From positions 2,880,001 through 2,944,000 of the forward strand of contig CAXXIA010000002.1 in NCBI GenBank assembly GCA_963666985.2: a stretch of DNA of 64,000 nucleotides, read 5' to 3'. The stretch is from Spirochaetia bacterium. Lineage in GTDB: Bacteria; Spirochaetota; Spirochaetia; DSM-2461. The position numbers and the translations under genes were made by a program. Of this stretch, positions 30,827 to 40,675 are shown piece after piece. Positions within the stretch are counted from its first letter, which is position 1; every line of letters starts with the position of its first letter. The notes under the pieces are model-generated. The model did no database searches. It was not told where the DNA came from and was given only the letters and a program-made list of their open reading frames with translations.

Positions 30827-31576
30827 ATGAATTCACCCGTGCGTAAACGGACCTGGATCGTGAGCTCGGCCGCCGCCGCTGTTTTGATTTGGAGCCTTGC
30901 CTCCCGCATTGTCGGCCGTGAGATTCTCCTGCCCTCGCCGGAACTCACCGTGATGTATCTGTTTCACATGTTCCTCAGCGGGGAAACCTGGATGGCCGTG
31001 GGATTGACTTTGATCCGTGTAATTCTTGCCTTCGCAATGAATATCGTCGTTTCACTTGCTCTGGGAATTGCGGCGGGATTTTTCGAACGGGCGGAATACG
31101 CTCTTACTCCGGTGCTGACGGTAATGAAATCCGTCCCTACCATGGGCATTATTCTGCTTTCCCTTATCTGGTTCAAATCCGGGGCGGCCGTTCTTTTCGT
31201 CTGTTCTCTGATTATTTTTCCCGTGCTTTACAGCTCCGTGCTTACGGGTATCAAAAACCTGGATGTCGGTCTCTTGGAAATGCATCGGGTTTTCCGTATA
31301 CGGAGAACGAGAATGCTGCGTCATTTTATCGTGCCTTCCTTACGGCCTCATTTCATCGCCGGCATGATGTCCGGACTCGGCCTTGCGATGAAGGTGGTTA
31401 TCGCGGCGGAGGTTTTGGCGCAGCCGAAGATAGGGATCGGTACGATGTTCCAGATTGAACGGGCCCGGCTGAACACAACGGGTGTTTTCGCCTGGTCTTT
31501 ATTGGTGATTATTCTGACGGCGTTCACGGATCTTCTTTTTTCCACTTTGAAGAAACGCTGTGAGGTTCGGCCGTAA
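30827..31576 (+). CDS. NitT/TauT-family ABC transporter permease
   Basis: LLPSP..V, TLIRV, KVVIAAEVLA..GIG; start could be 30815 or 30827. Confidence 0.88.
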   Translation: MNSPVRKRTWIVSSAAAAVLIWSLASRIVGREILLPSPELTVMYLFHMFLSGETWMAVGLTLIRVILAFAMNIVVSLALGIAAGFFERAEYALTPVLTVMKSVPTMGIILLSLIWFKSGAAVLFVCSLIIFPVLYSSVLTGIKNLDVGLLEMHRVFRIRRTRMLRHFIVPSLRPHFIAGMMSGLGLAMKVVIAAEVLAQPKIGIGTMFQIERARLNTTGVFAWSLLVIILTAFTDLLFSTLKKRCEVRP

Positions 31577-32232
31577 TGCGCTTGCAAGGGATTCATAAAC
31601 GTTTCGGGGAAATGGTTCTGTACGACGGACTCGATTTCTCTCCCGTGGAGAATGGTGTAACCTGTCTGCTCGGCCCCTCCGGATGCGGTAAAACGACGCT
31701 GCTGAATTTGGCGGCCGGATTGATTCTTCCCGATTCGGGTTCCGTTGAAGAGAGCGGACGCGTATCTTACGTTTTTCAGGAAGAACGGCTTCTGCCGTGG
31801 GAAACCGTTGAATTCAACGCCATGTACGCCATGGACCATGCTCTTTCCGCGGCCGAACGCCGCGAAACGATCGGCGAATTGCTGGAAGCTTTGGAAATCG
31901 CGGATGCCTCGGATAAATATCCTGCTCAGATCAGCGGCGGAATGGCCAGGCGTACGGCGCTGGCACGGGCTCTTGCCGCGCCGTTCGATACGCTGCTTCT
32001 GGACGAGCCTTTCTCTTCGCTGGATCCGGACCTCCGGGTGCGTATCGTGGAAAGAGTTCGTCCGCGGCTTTCGGGGAAAACAGTTATTCTTGTAACACAC
32101 GATTACACTGCGGCCGAGGCGCTTTCGGACGCCATCTACAGACTTTCAATGCCTCCTGTGCGCTTAACGTCCGTGGATAAGGCCGATGTAAAAAGCGAGC
32201 TGGACCGGATTAAACGAATGGATTCGGATTAG
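31576..32232 (+). CDS. NitT/TauT-family ABC transporter ATP-binding protein
   Basis: GPSGCGKTT, VFQEERLLPW, ISGGM, LLLDEPF, VTHD. Confidence 0.92.
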   Translation: MRLQGIHKRFGEMVLYDGLDFSPVENGVTCLLGPSGCGKTTLLNLAAGLILPDSGSVEESGRVSYVFQEERLLPWETVEFNAMYAMDHALSAAERRETIGELLEALEIADASDKYPAQISGGMARRTALARALAAPFDTLLLDEPFSSLDPDLRVRIVERVRPRLSGKTVILVTHDYTAAEALSDAIYRLSMPPVRLTSVDKADVKSELDRIKRMDSD

Positions 32233-33440
32233 AGCGTCCATTCTCCGCCGAAAAAGAGAACCAGATCGGGGCCTTCCCAGGTGAGAGGATCTTCTTCGAA
32301 ATAGAACTGCCAGACGAACCTGTCAAAGCGGCCTTTCACGCCGATTTTCAAATCGAGCTGCGGGAGCGAGAACATGGTTCGGACGCCGAAAACATCATGG
32401 TAGTAGGTTTCCGTTCCTATGACAGGCGACCTCTGGATGTTGCCTTGGATAAGGAGCGACCAATCCGGGCCGAGACGGAATTCCGCCGCCGGGATGAACT
32501 GGTACATAAACCGTCCGTCCGGCCCCAGCGGAAGAATCATTCCCGCGGTGTTATAGAACGCCCAGCGCGGCCGGGGCCGCCAGTCGGCGATAAAGGCAAG
32601 GCCTAAATCGGGATAGCCCGATCCGTAACCGACTTCGCGCCGGCCGATGGGAATTTTAAAGGCGCCGCAGAGGGCCAGATCGGCTCGGGATCGTTCCCAA
32701 AAAGTCCAAAGAGCCCTTAGATCCAAATCTCCCAACCCCGCGACAACACCGGATCCTTCGTAGTTTCCGGCATTCGAAGTTTTAATGTTCCAGTACGAAC
32801 GGTTTTGGTCGAAGTATTCCCGGCCGGCGTTGCTGAGTCCGAAGAGAGCATGGAATCCTTCGATGAGGCTATCGGCGAATCCCGGATAGCGGATGTGCAG
32901 GCGGCCGTCGGCGCTGAAGCGCCAGTGATCGAAGGCCTGCCAGTCCACTCCGAGTTTCCACACGGTGCTTTCATAGTCCAGAGCCGTATAATCGTCCTGG
33001 TCGTCCACTTTGCCGTCGTCGTCGGCATCGGACAAATCCAAGTCCACGGGATAGGAAGAGAATTCGTTCAGAAAGGACAATGACGATCGGAGATGAATGG
33101 TTCCTTTATCGAGAGCGGCGGCGCTTTCGGCGGGAAAGCTGAACCAGGGAAGGTGCGGGGCGTAGAGGTTCCGGCCTCCTAAGGGACCTAAGGGTTCTGA
33201 ATCGGCGAGAGACTGCGCCGTGAGGATTCGGGGCGAGGCAAGAGCGATAAAAATAATCAGGAGTGCCGAGGTTCGGCGGCGGAAGAACGTAATGAAGGGC
33301 GTATGACGGCCCCGGCGGCCTCGGAATGCGCCGGGGTTGGCGGGTGTGGAAGAAGCCGAACGGCCGGAGTGGTTCCCGGTTGCGCACCATCGTTCCGTTT
33401 TTAAAGAGCCCTCGGTCGTTTGTGCGCTTCTTGAATTCAC
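32229..33440 (-). CDS. Exported, probable outer-membrane beta-barrel protein (DUF3187-like)
   Basis: Signal-like RRRTSALLIIFIALA; GPLGGRN..P, DSLIEGFHALFGL, GLGDL, K.P.G..GYGSG..D; aromatic C-terminus. GTG start at 33440 overlaps the ABC-F stop (GTGA). Confidence 0.65.
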   Translation of the reverse strand: MNSRSAQTTEGSLKTERWCATGNHSGRSASSTPANPGAFRGRRGRHTPFITFFRRRTSALLIIFIALASPRILTAQSLADSEPLGPLGGRNLYAPHLPWFSFPAESAAALDKGTIHLRSSLSFLNEFSSYPVDLDLSDADDDGKVDDQDDYTALDYESTVWKLGVDWQAFDHWRFSADGRLHIRYPGFADSLIEGFHALFGLSNAGREYFDQNRSYWNIKTSNAGNYEGSGVVAGLGDLDLRALWTFWERSRADLALCGAFKIPIGRREVGYGSGYPDLGLAFIADWRPRPRWAFYNTAGMILPLGPDGRFMYQFIPAAEFRLGPDWSLLIQGNIQRSPVIGTETYYHDVFGVRTMFSLPQLDLKIGVKGRFDRFVWQFYFEEDPLTWEGPDLVLFFGGEWTL

Positions 33441-35320
33441 TCTACGTCCCGTGCGGCCAATTCTTCCCACCGAGAGGTCCGTTCGGCAATTTCCGCGAGC
33501 AGCGGTCCGTGCCGTTTCCCGGCCTCGGCAAGCGCTTCGGCATCCGGTGAACCGCTGGAAAAGACGCGTTCAATTTCCGTCAGTTCATCTTCCAGCATCC
33601 CGATGGACTCCATCAATTCTTCCATTTCCTTTTTTTCTTTATAAGATAATCCTTTCTTGGGTTCCCGGTTCGACCGCTGAGCCGCGACGGCCGCCGTTCT
33701 TCGGGACTCACGAGCCGCCAGCGATTCGGAGCGTTCATCATTTCTTGCCGTTTCGCGGTATTCGGACCATGTGCCGGAGAAACCCGCCACGGATCCCCGT
33801 CCGTCGAGGATAAAGAAATAATCGACAACGCGTTCCAGAAAGGTTCGATCGTGAGAAACCGCCATCAGACAGCCTTCGAATCCTTCCAGAAAGTTTTCCA
33901 AGAGACCGAGTGTTTCCAAATCCAAATCGTTGGTGGGTTCATCGAGCAGAAGGAAGTTCGGTTCGCTCATCAGCAGACGGACAAGCTGTAGCCTTCGCCG
34001 TTCTCCTCCCGAAAGATACCGAATTTTCCCGCGTGCCGCGGCAACAGGGAAGCCGAAACGTTCCAGCCATCCGGATACGTCGATTAAGCCTCCGTCGGCC
34101 CGGCGTACATGCTCGGCCTCTTCCTTCATATAGTCGATGAGCGTCGAATCCTCATCCGCCCTCAGCGGCGATTGATCCAGCACGGCGAATCGGGTGTTCA
34201 CTCCCACGTCGATTCGTCCCGCATCGGGGGCCAGATGTCCCGCGATAAGAGAGATCAGCGTTGTTTTGCCGGCCCCGTTGGGCCCGGCGATCCCGATCCG
34301 CTCTCCTCTTCGGAAGCTGTAGGAAAACGGCGTGATGACTTTTCTCTCGCCGCGGGAAACCTCGACATTCACCAATTCGAGAACCTTTTTCCCCAAACGG
34401 CGGCCGCCGGCGGTAAATTCCGAAAGGCGCCTCACATCGGCCTGGGGCGCGTCCTGAAGATTCTCAATCCGGGCCAGTCTTTTTTTATCTTTACCGGTCC
34501 GAGCTTTCGGACCGCGGCTCGCCCATTCCAATTCCCGCCGGAGGATGGTGGCGCGCTTGACGGCGGCCTTTTCCTGTTCTTCCAGTCTTTTCGCTTTCGA
34601 TGTGAGGAATGTGGACCAGTTGCCCGGATATTTCCGTAAGGTTTGATCCTCGAGTTCCAGAATGAAATCGCACACCGAATCGAGAAAACTCCGATCGTGA
34701 GTTACCAGGATATAGCTTTTTCGGCCGGTCTTCAGCCAGCCTTCCAGCCATTCCACGGTCTCCAAATCCAGATGGTTCGTCGGTTCGTCCAGGAGAAGAA
34801 GATCCGCTCCCGAAGCCAGAACCCGCGCCAGATCCGCCTTGCGGAGTTCGCCTCCCGAAAGCGTGTTTAAAGGGCGGGAAAGATCATGAATGCCCAGCTC
34901 GGAGAGAAAGGAGTGGAAGGCTGTTTCCAGATTCCATGCGTCCTCGCGTTCCATGCGGGACTGGAGTTCGGCCAGTTTCTCTCCGGAGGATTCATCATAG
35001 GCTTCCAGAAGAGACTCATATTCCCGAACCAGAGCGGCCTTGGGATCATCGGAACGAAAAACCAAATCCGCCAGAAGGGCACCCTCTTCATACCGGGGAA
35101 TCTGCGGAAGAAAGGCGATCTTTAAATCGCCGCGGTGATGGTAGGCGCCTGTATCCGGCTTTCTTGTTCCGGTCAGCAGGGAAAGGAAGGTTGACTTACC
35201 GGCGCCGTTGGGACCGATAAAGCCGATGCGGTCTCCGGCGTCGATGCCGAGATTCACCTCCCGGAAAAGGGGAGTGTCGCCGAGGGTGAGTGATGCGTCC
35301 ACCAGAGATAGAAGGTTCAT
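33437..35320 (-). CDS. ABC-F family ATPase (Uup-like)
   Basis: Two ABC domains (GPNGAGKST, GPNGAGKTT; DEPTNHLD, DEPTNDLD), no TM segments, C-terminal coiled coil LSYKEKKE..RWEEL. Confidence 0.93.
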   Translation of the reverse strand: MNLLSLVDASLTLGDTPLFREVNLGIDAGDRIGFIGPNGAGKSTFLSLLTGTRKPDTGAYHHRGDLKIAFLPQIPRYEEGALLADLVFRSDDPKAALVREYESLLEAYDESSGEKLAELQSRMEREDAWNLETAFHSFLSELGIHDLSRPLNTLSGGELRKADLARVLASGADLLLLDEPTNHLDLETVEWLEGWLKTGRKSYILVTHDRSFLDSVCDFILELEDQTLRKYPGNWSTFLTSKAKRLEEQEKAAVKRATILRRELEWASRGPKARTGKDKKRLARIENLQDAPQADVRRLSEFTAGGRRLGKKVLELVNVEVSRGERKVITPFSYSFRRGERIGIAGPNGAGKTTLISLIAGHLAPDAGRIDVGVNTRFAVLDQSPLRADEDSTLIDYMKEEAEHVRRADGGLIDVSGWLERFGFPVAAARGKIRYLSGGERRRLQLVRLLMSEPNFLLLDEPTNDLDLETLGLLENFLEGFEGCLMAVSHDRTFLERVVDYFFILDGRGSVAGFSGTWSEYRETARNDERSESLAARESRRTAAVAAQRSNREPKKGLSYKEKKEMEELMESIGMLEDELTEIERVFSSGSPDAEALAEAGKRHGPLLAEIAERTSRWEELAARDVE

Positions 35321-35373
35321 GCGGGGCCTATTGTACCCGGAGTGAAGATGGTGGCCAATGCGGGAGGAATAAC

Positions 35374-36522
35374 TCAGACGACCGCGGAGCGGGATGTTGA
35401 ATAGATCGCGCCTTGCTCCATCTCTACCCGAGAAACAGCGCCTGTATGCGAGGTGAAAATCATTTCGATGCCGTCGAGGTTTTTGATTTTTTCAAATGAT
35501 GCTTTGGCCCTGCGGTGATTCATATTGAAAAGGCGGTAGAACGGACGCAGGGAACCGTTCTGGAAAACCGCCGCGTCTCCGGTAAAGAGAAAGCGGTCGT
35601 TGATAAGGTAGGCTGTATGCCCGAAGGTATGCCCCGGCGTTGCAATCGCCGTTACCCGGATGGAGCCGAAGGTGAGCTGTTCTTTGTCCTGCAGGATTGT
35701 GAAGCCGCGACCGAGCGGTTTGTTTCGATAAAAAGGCAGACGATACTTACGGCCGCTGATCATGGCATCTTCATCCTTTCCTATGAAGAGTTTCGCGTTT
35801 GGGAAGCACTTCAGTCCTTCGCGATGATCCTTGTCCGTATGGGTCAGGAGGACCGCCGAGATTGACTGCGGATCATACCCCAGTTCCCGGATGTTTTCGG
35901 CCAGATGCTCAGCTTTGTACCCTGAGTCGATGCAGATGGTGTGTGATCCGTCGGTAACGAGGAAGACGTTTACGTCTTTATCCCGGATTGCGAAGATCCC
36001 TTCGGTGATTTTCCCGGTCTCGGACGGATAGAAAAAAGCCTGAAACAGTCCTGCCGGATGCGGAATCACGGCCGGTATTCTTCTCCGGTAGGTTTGATAG
36101 GCCTCGCCGAATGCCTCATGCATAACCTTCTCTTCGCGCCGCAGCAGAACGCGCAGGATAAGATAAATCACAACAGGCGGGATGAGCAGAATCAGGGAAT
36201 GCGCGGCGATGCAGAATCCGGAAAGAACAAACAGGATACCCGAATAGATTGGATGGCGCACGATGCCGTACACCCCCTGATCGGCAATAAAGCCCCGCCT
36301 GATACATCCGTCGATCCGGCTTCCCGCGGGAATCCACAGAAAGAAACCCATGCCGATGAGAAGAGCACCGATGAAATAAAAAATCAGGAGTCCTCTGTTT
36401 ATTGAAAAGATTGCGGGGTAACTCCATGCAAGGACGGCGCAGCCGGCGATCATCAAAAGGGAGAGGATGGTGAAAACCGGGCCGACTCCCCATAATGACA
36501 TGGGCTTTGTTTCTTTCTTCAT
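35374..36522 (-). CDS. Fusion: ICMT/PEMT-like membrane methyltransferase domain + metallo-beta-lactamase-fold hydrolase
   Basis: GVYGIVRHPIYSG and EE..M..AFGEAYQTY; then IDSG, THTDKDH, TPGHTFGH, FTGD, TSH. Start uncertain (36522 or 36501). Confidence 0.82.
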   Translation of the reverse strand: MKKETKPMSLWGVGPVFTILSLLMIAGCAVLAWSYPAIFSINRGLLIFYFIGALLIGMGFFLWIPAGSRIDGCIRRGFIADQGVYGIVRHPIYSGILFVLSGFCIAAHSLILLIPPVVIYLILRVLLRREEKVMHEAFGEAYQTYRRRIPAVIPHPAGLFQAFFYPSETGKITEGIFAIRDKDVNVFLVTDGSHTICIDSGYKAEHLAENIRELGYDPQSISAVLLTHTDKDHREGLKCFPNAKLFIGKDEDAMISGRKYRLPFYRNKPLGRGFTILQDKEQLTFGSIRVTAIATPGHTFGHTAYLINDRFLFTGDAAVFQNGSLRPFYRLFNMNHRRAKASFEKIKNLDGIEMIFTSHTGAVSRVEMEQGAIYSTSRSAVV

Positions 36523-36784
36523 TTGGATTTTATTGTACCCGGGGTGTGATGAAGTCTCCAACAGGTTCCGGGTGAGTAGTCGTCTCGGAAATTGTAGGTG
36601 ACCAATCTGTATCGGTATATCGCAGCCCGGATCGCAGCGGTTACGGCCCGACCGGACCCGGCGGAGCGGACAAGCGGAGCCGGAAAAGGCCGGCGATTAG
36701 GCCGTTTGAGCGGAGAGCCGGAAAAGCTGTTCATAACAGAAGAGAAAAACCAACATTCATCCTATAATTAAAATATGTTTAGAG

Positions 36785-38203
36785 TTGATGATTATGAATG
36801 AGAACGGCGGCAAAGACGAAAATCAAGATCTCATTATAAGCGGGGAGATTAGCAATATCCCCATCTGCACTTTGTTTCGTTATAGTGAAGAAGAAATCCT
36901 GACTCGTAAAATTTCCATGAATCTGGATGATCTTACTCCTGTTTCGGAAGCGGAGAAAATTCTGCTGGAAGGGATTGATCTGAGTCGATACGGGTATGTT
37001 GATCCGGATACTCAAGAAATAAAAACACTGACCATCGACGTCCTTAAAACGCCTTCCAAGATAAGATTACCCAATGAGTTGCTGCTGAAAATATTGGAAA
37101 ACGCCGCCGATAATTTGGCGGGCGGAGATGAAGCGGTTTTTAAAGCCGGTAAGAGGGCGGCGGAATTCATTCCTGAGCTTCGAAAATTAATCGTGTATAT
37201 GAAGGTTCTGCCTCCACAGTTTTTTCTGCAGCAGGTAAAAAGATTTGCGGGCGGACTTTCCACAAGATCTGTAGAGCTGGATCTTCATCAAAAGAATTCC
37301 ATGCATATCAATCTGCATTATCCGGAGGATATGACGAAGAATAACGGATGTGTAACATCCGGAGCACGCTGCGCGGGCTTTCGGGGATCGGTTGATGCGA
37401 TTCTTTCGTTAATGGATCTTGAAAATGTCAAAATTACCGAAAGCCATTGTATGGTCGATGGAGCCGAGTACTGTGAATTTGATGTCTCTTGGGATCCTCC
37501 CGGTGTTTTGAAGAGACTGAAGAATATTCTCATGTTTACTATGTTTCGTGAGATTTATGATTCGTTTCATGAAACCGAAACTTCCAAGGATCATGAGATT
37601 TTCGTTATTACGGCCAACCTCAGGGCGGAGCAGAAAAAACTTGAATCGGCTCTCAAACAGCTTGATGCCGCCAATAAAAGACTTGAGATGCTTTCGATAA
37701 CCGACGGACTTACCGAGGTTCGGAATCGGGGTTTTTTCGATAAAGAAATGCCCAGGCTGTGCCGGATTATGTCCAGAACAAAAAACAATTATCTTTCGCT
37801 TTTAATCGTTGATATCGATCATTTCAAGTCGGTCAACGATACCTACGGGCATCAGGCGGGAGATATAACGCTGAGCAGAGTTGCTTCCATCATACAGACT
37901 TACGCACGGCGTCCCGAGGATTTCGTGGCCAGATACGGCGGTGAGGAGTTCACCGTTGTTCTGCCGTATACGGATCCCGAGAATGCGCTGAACATCGCCG
38001 AATCCCTCAGGGAAGCCATAGCCGAGTCTTATGACTGCAGGCCGAAGCTTGATCATCCGATTACGGTCAGTGTCGGTGTCTGCACCAAACAACTTGAAGA
38101 AACGGATTTTGACGGATTTGTTAATGAACTCATCGCACAAGCGGATAAAAATCTTTATCAGGCGAAAGAGAGCGGCCGCAACCGCGTGGTTGCCAGCAGC
38201 TGA
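36785..38203 (+). CDS. Cytoplasmic diguanylate cyclase with V4R-like sensor domain
   Basis: C..FRG..ESHCMVDGAEYCEF (V4R-like Cys pattern), coiled coil, RPED I-site, GGEEF, AKESGRNR; exact start uncertain. Confidence 0.88.
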   Translation: MMIMNENGGKDENQDLIISGEISNIPICTLFRYSEEEILTRKISMNLDDLTPVSEAEKILLEGIDLSRYGYVDPDTQEIKTLTIDVLKTPSKIRLPNELLLKILENAADNLAGGDEAVFKAGKRAAEFIPELRKLIVYMKVLPPQFFLQQVKRFAGGLSTRSVELDLHQKNSMHINLHYPEDMTKNNGCVTSGARCAGFRGSVDAILSLMDLENVKITESHCMVDGAEYCEFDVSWDPPGVLKRLKNILMFTMFREIYDSFHETETSKDHEIFVITANLRAEQKKLESALKQLDAANKRLEMLSITDGLTEVRNRGFFDKEMPRLCRIMSRTKNNYLSLLIVDIDHFKSVNDTYGHQAGDITLSRVASIIQTYARRPEDFVARYGGEEFTVVLPYTDPENALNIAESLREAIAESYDCRPKLDHPITVSVGVCTKQLEETDFDGFVNELIAQADKNLYQAKESGRNRVVASS

Positions 38204-38354
38204 TTCACGAAGCGAATGAGCGAGACTTAAACAGTTGAATCGCGAAGCGATTTAACGAGCAATAGCTGTTTCGCAGAGCGAAATAGCGAGCAACAGTTGT
38301 TTCGCAACGCGAAATAACGAACCTTAAACAGCGTGTTCGGCAACGCCGAACCGC
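38197..38354. repeat. Tandem array of five 31-35 nt hairpin units (REP/BIME-like)
   Basis: Units such as GTTGAATCGC-GAA-GCGATTTAAC, GCTGTTTCGC-AGA-GCGAAATAGC, GTTGTTTCGC-AAC-GCGAAATAAC joined by GAGCAAYA or GA..CTTAAACA linkers. Confidence 0.85.
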
Positions 38355-38407
38355 AAGTCCGGCGGCCGACAGTTGAGTTCTCCGACTCCGGCGGCCGCTT
38401 CCCCGAT

Positions 38408-39550
38408 TTATTTTCCCGCGATTCGCATCCCGATACGAATCATTCTGCAGGCCCGCTCGGCGGCGTCTTTCAAGGATTCGGCGGAGCAGGCGATTGCCTC
38501 TTCAAGAGTCATGGTTTTGGAGACGGTGCTCATGATGGAGTCTATTCCGTAAGCGTACACGGCCGATGCGCCTTCCCCGATGTTGCCGACGATCGCCAAT
38601 ACAGGCAGTCCTGCGGGTTTTGACCGGGAGGCGACTCCGATGGGCACTTTTCCCCGGATCGATTGACCGTCGATTTTCCCTTCTCCGGTAATGACCAGAT
38701 CCGCCCCTTTGATTTTTTCCTCAAAATCGGTCAAATCCAGAATGGTATCGATGCCGCTTTTCATTACCGCGTCGCAGAATGCGTTCAGTCCGAATCCCAA
38801 ACCGCCGGCCGCGCCGGCTCCCGGTATGTTCCGCATGGAGCGGCCCTTCCATCGTTCCACGACATCGGCGAATCGGCCCAGCGCGGCATCGAGTTCTTTC
38901 ACCATGACAGGATCGGCTCCTTTTTGGGGACCGTAAATGAAAGAAGCGCCGTTTTCGCCCAGCAGGGGATTATCCACGTCGCAGGCCACGTGAATCACGG
39001 CCTCTTTAAGCCGCTGATCGGCGGCCGAGTCGTCGATGGAGGCGATGTCGGCCAAGGCGGCGCCGCCGGGGGGAAGTTCCCTGCCGTTTGAATCTTTGAG
39101 TGAAAAGCCCAGAGCCTGGGCCATTCCGGCGCCGCCGTCGTTGGTGGCGCTTCCGCCGATGCCTATGGTGATGTCGCGGTAACCGGCGTCAAGGGCCGCG
39201 CGCAGAATCTGGCCTGTTCCGTATGTGCCGGCAATTCGAGGATTCTTTTCGTTTTCCAAAAGAAGAGGCAGTCCGCTGGCGGCGGCCATTTCCGCGACGA
39301 CTTTACCGCCGACGACGCCGTAGAAGGCGTCCGTCGAGCGGCCCAGAGGATCGGTCGCCTTAACGGTGACCGTTTCACCGCCCAAACCGCCGACCAAGGC
39401 TTCAACGGTGCCTTCCCCGCCGTCCGCGATGGGAATCTTTACGTATTCTGCGTCGGGGAAAACGGCTTTGGAGCCTTCTTCGATGAGTCCGGCGACTTTC
39501 AGACTGCTGTTGCTGCCTTTATAGGAATCCGATGCAATGACGATTTTCAC
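38408..39550 (-). CDS. glxK: Glycerate kinase (GlxK/GarK family)
   Basis: IVIASDSYKGS, PIADGGEGT, GIGGSATNDGG, GAGAAGG, TGEG..D.QS..GK; GTG start at 39550 after GGAGG. Confidence 0.93.
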   Translation of the reverse strand: MKIVIASDSYKGSNSSLKVAGLIEEGSKAVFPDAEYVKIPIADGGEGTVEALVGGLGGETVTVKATDPLGRSTDAFYGVVGGKVVAEMAAASGLPLLLENEKNPRIAGTYGTGQILRAALDAGYRDITIGIGGSATNDGGAGMAQALGFSLKDSNGRELPPGGAALADIASIDDSAADQRLKEAVIHVACDVDNPLLGENGASFIYGPQKGADPVMVKELDAALGRFADVVERWKGRSMRNIPGAGAAGGLGFGLNAFCDAVMKSGIDTILDLTDFEEKIKGADLVITGEGKIDGQSIRGKVPIGVASRSKPAGLPVLAIVGNIGEGASAVYAYGIDSIMSTVSKTMTLEEAIACSAESLKDAAERACRMIRIGMRIAGK

Positions 39551-39844
39551 AAAATCCTCCCCTTTCACGGTAAACGGCGGGAATTGAAGAGATATACCCG
39601 GCATGGATGCTGATGAACTCCGTTTCCATTCTTAGTCTAACGGGTGAACGCCATTCTGTCGAAAGGAGTTAAAAGGAGCCGAAAGGAAAAGAGGGTACCG
39701 GGCTTTCTGAAGAGCCTCCGACTGTTACAGTGCGGTGAAATCCGACCTTCACTTGGCCGGAATCGGAGTCTGTGCGGGCTATGAGTCCTCATGAAGAGCC
39801 GAATGCGGCATCATGTACTGACGATTTACCGGCTGAAAAGCTGA

Positions 39845-40675
39845 TTAGAGCCTTACGTCGTCTCGGTGCCGCAGTACAGCCGTTGATCGGCCGAGAACGG
39901 CGGTAGCCCAAAGCCTCCGGATACGGCCATAGATCAAAACCGCGACAATTTTATTCAGGAAACCTGGAATCACGGATGTTTTTCGTCCCAATGCGCGAAC
40001 GGCCGACTTGGCGACAGCTCGCGATGACTGGACCGGTGCCCCCGGGCCTTGTTTCACGACGCTGTCTCTGTATCCCGGCGTATCCGTGGCCCCGGCGATG
40101 CAGGCCATGATATCAACGCCTTCTTTTCGTGCCTCGGCACCGGTTCCTTCGGCGAAAATAATGTTCCAGGCTTTTGAAGCGGCGTAGGCGGCCACATACG
40201 GCGTTCCGCCCAGACCCGACAGTGACGAGAGGAGGATAATTCCGCCCCTACGGCCCGTTTCCATCCAGCGTTTTCTAAAAAGGTTGCCGGCTCCATGGAC
40301 CACGTTGAGCGGTGAAGCAACATTGACAGCCACTGTTCTTTGAGCCGCATTCAGGTCCATGTCTAAAAAGGGGCCGATGGGGCTCGCGGCAGCGTTATAT
40401 ATGATAAGACCTAAATCCTTTTCACCGATAACCGTTTCGATGTTCCGCCACGGATTGGGAAGAGACAGATCGAGAATGAGGATTTCTGTATCGATTTTGT
40501 ATTGGACCTTGAGGTATTCGGCGGCTTTTAGAAGAGGGGCTTCTCGCCTGGCCGCCAGAATCAGTGACAGACCCGCGGCGGCAAGTTCCTCGGCGAAAGC
40601 AAAACCAATGCCTTCCGATGCGCCCATAACGGCGGCCCATCGTCCGTATTTTTCTACAATGCGGTTTTTTTTCAT
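39845..40675 (-). CDS. Short-chain dehydrogenase/reductase (SDR)
   Basis: GASEGIG, YNAA, SS, YAASK catalytic motif. Confidence 0.92.
   Translation of the reverse strand: MKKNRIVEKYGRWAAVMGASEGIGFAFAEELAAAGLSLILAARREAPLLKAAEYLKVQYKIDTEILILDLSLPNPWRNIETVIGEKDLGLIIYNAAASPIGPFLDMDLNAAQRTVAVNVASPLNVVHGAGNLFRKRWMETGRRGGIILLSSLSGLGGTPYVAAYAASKAWNIIFAEGTGAEARKEGVDIMACIAGATDTPGYRDSVVKQGPGAPVQSSRAVAKSAVRALGRKTSVIPGFLNKIVAVLIYGRIRRLWATAVLGRSTAVLRHRDDVRL

Noticed and set aside
38197..38354. CRISPR array
   Set aside because: Units are not identical repeats, linkers are only about 8-12 nt, there are no unique 30-40 nt spacers and no cas genes in the window
39690..39790. Cobalamin riboswitch upstream of glycerate kinase (CCGCACTGTAAC on the minus strand)
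   Set aside because: The upstream GGGAA..GGTG..TCC elements and a proper B12 box are missing; an Rfam scan would be needed to revisit this
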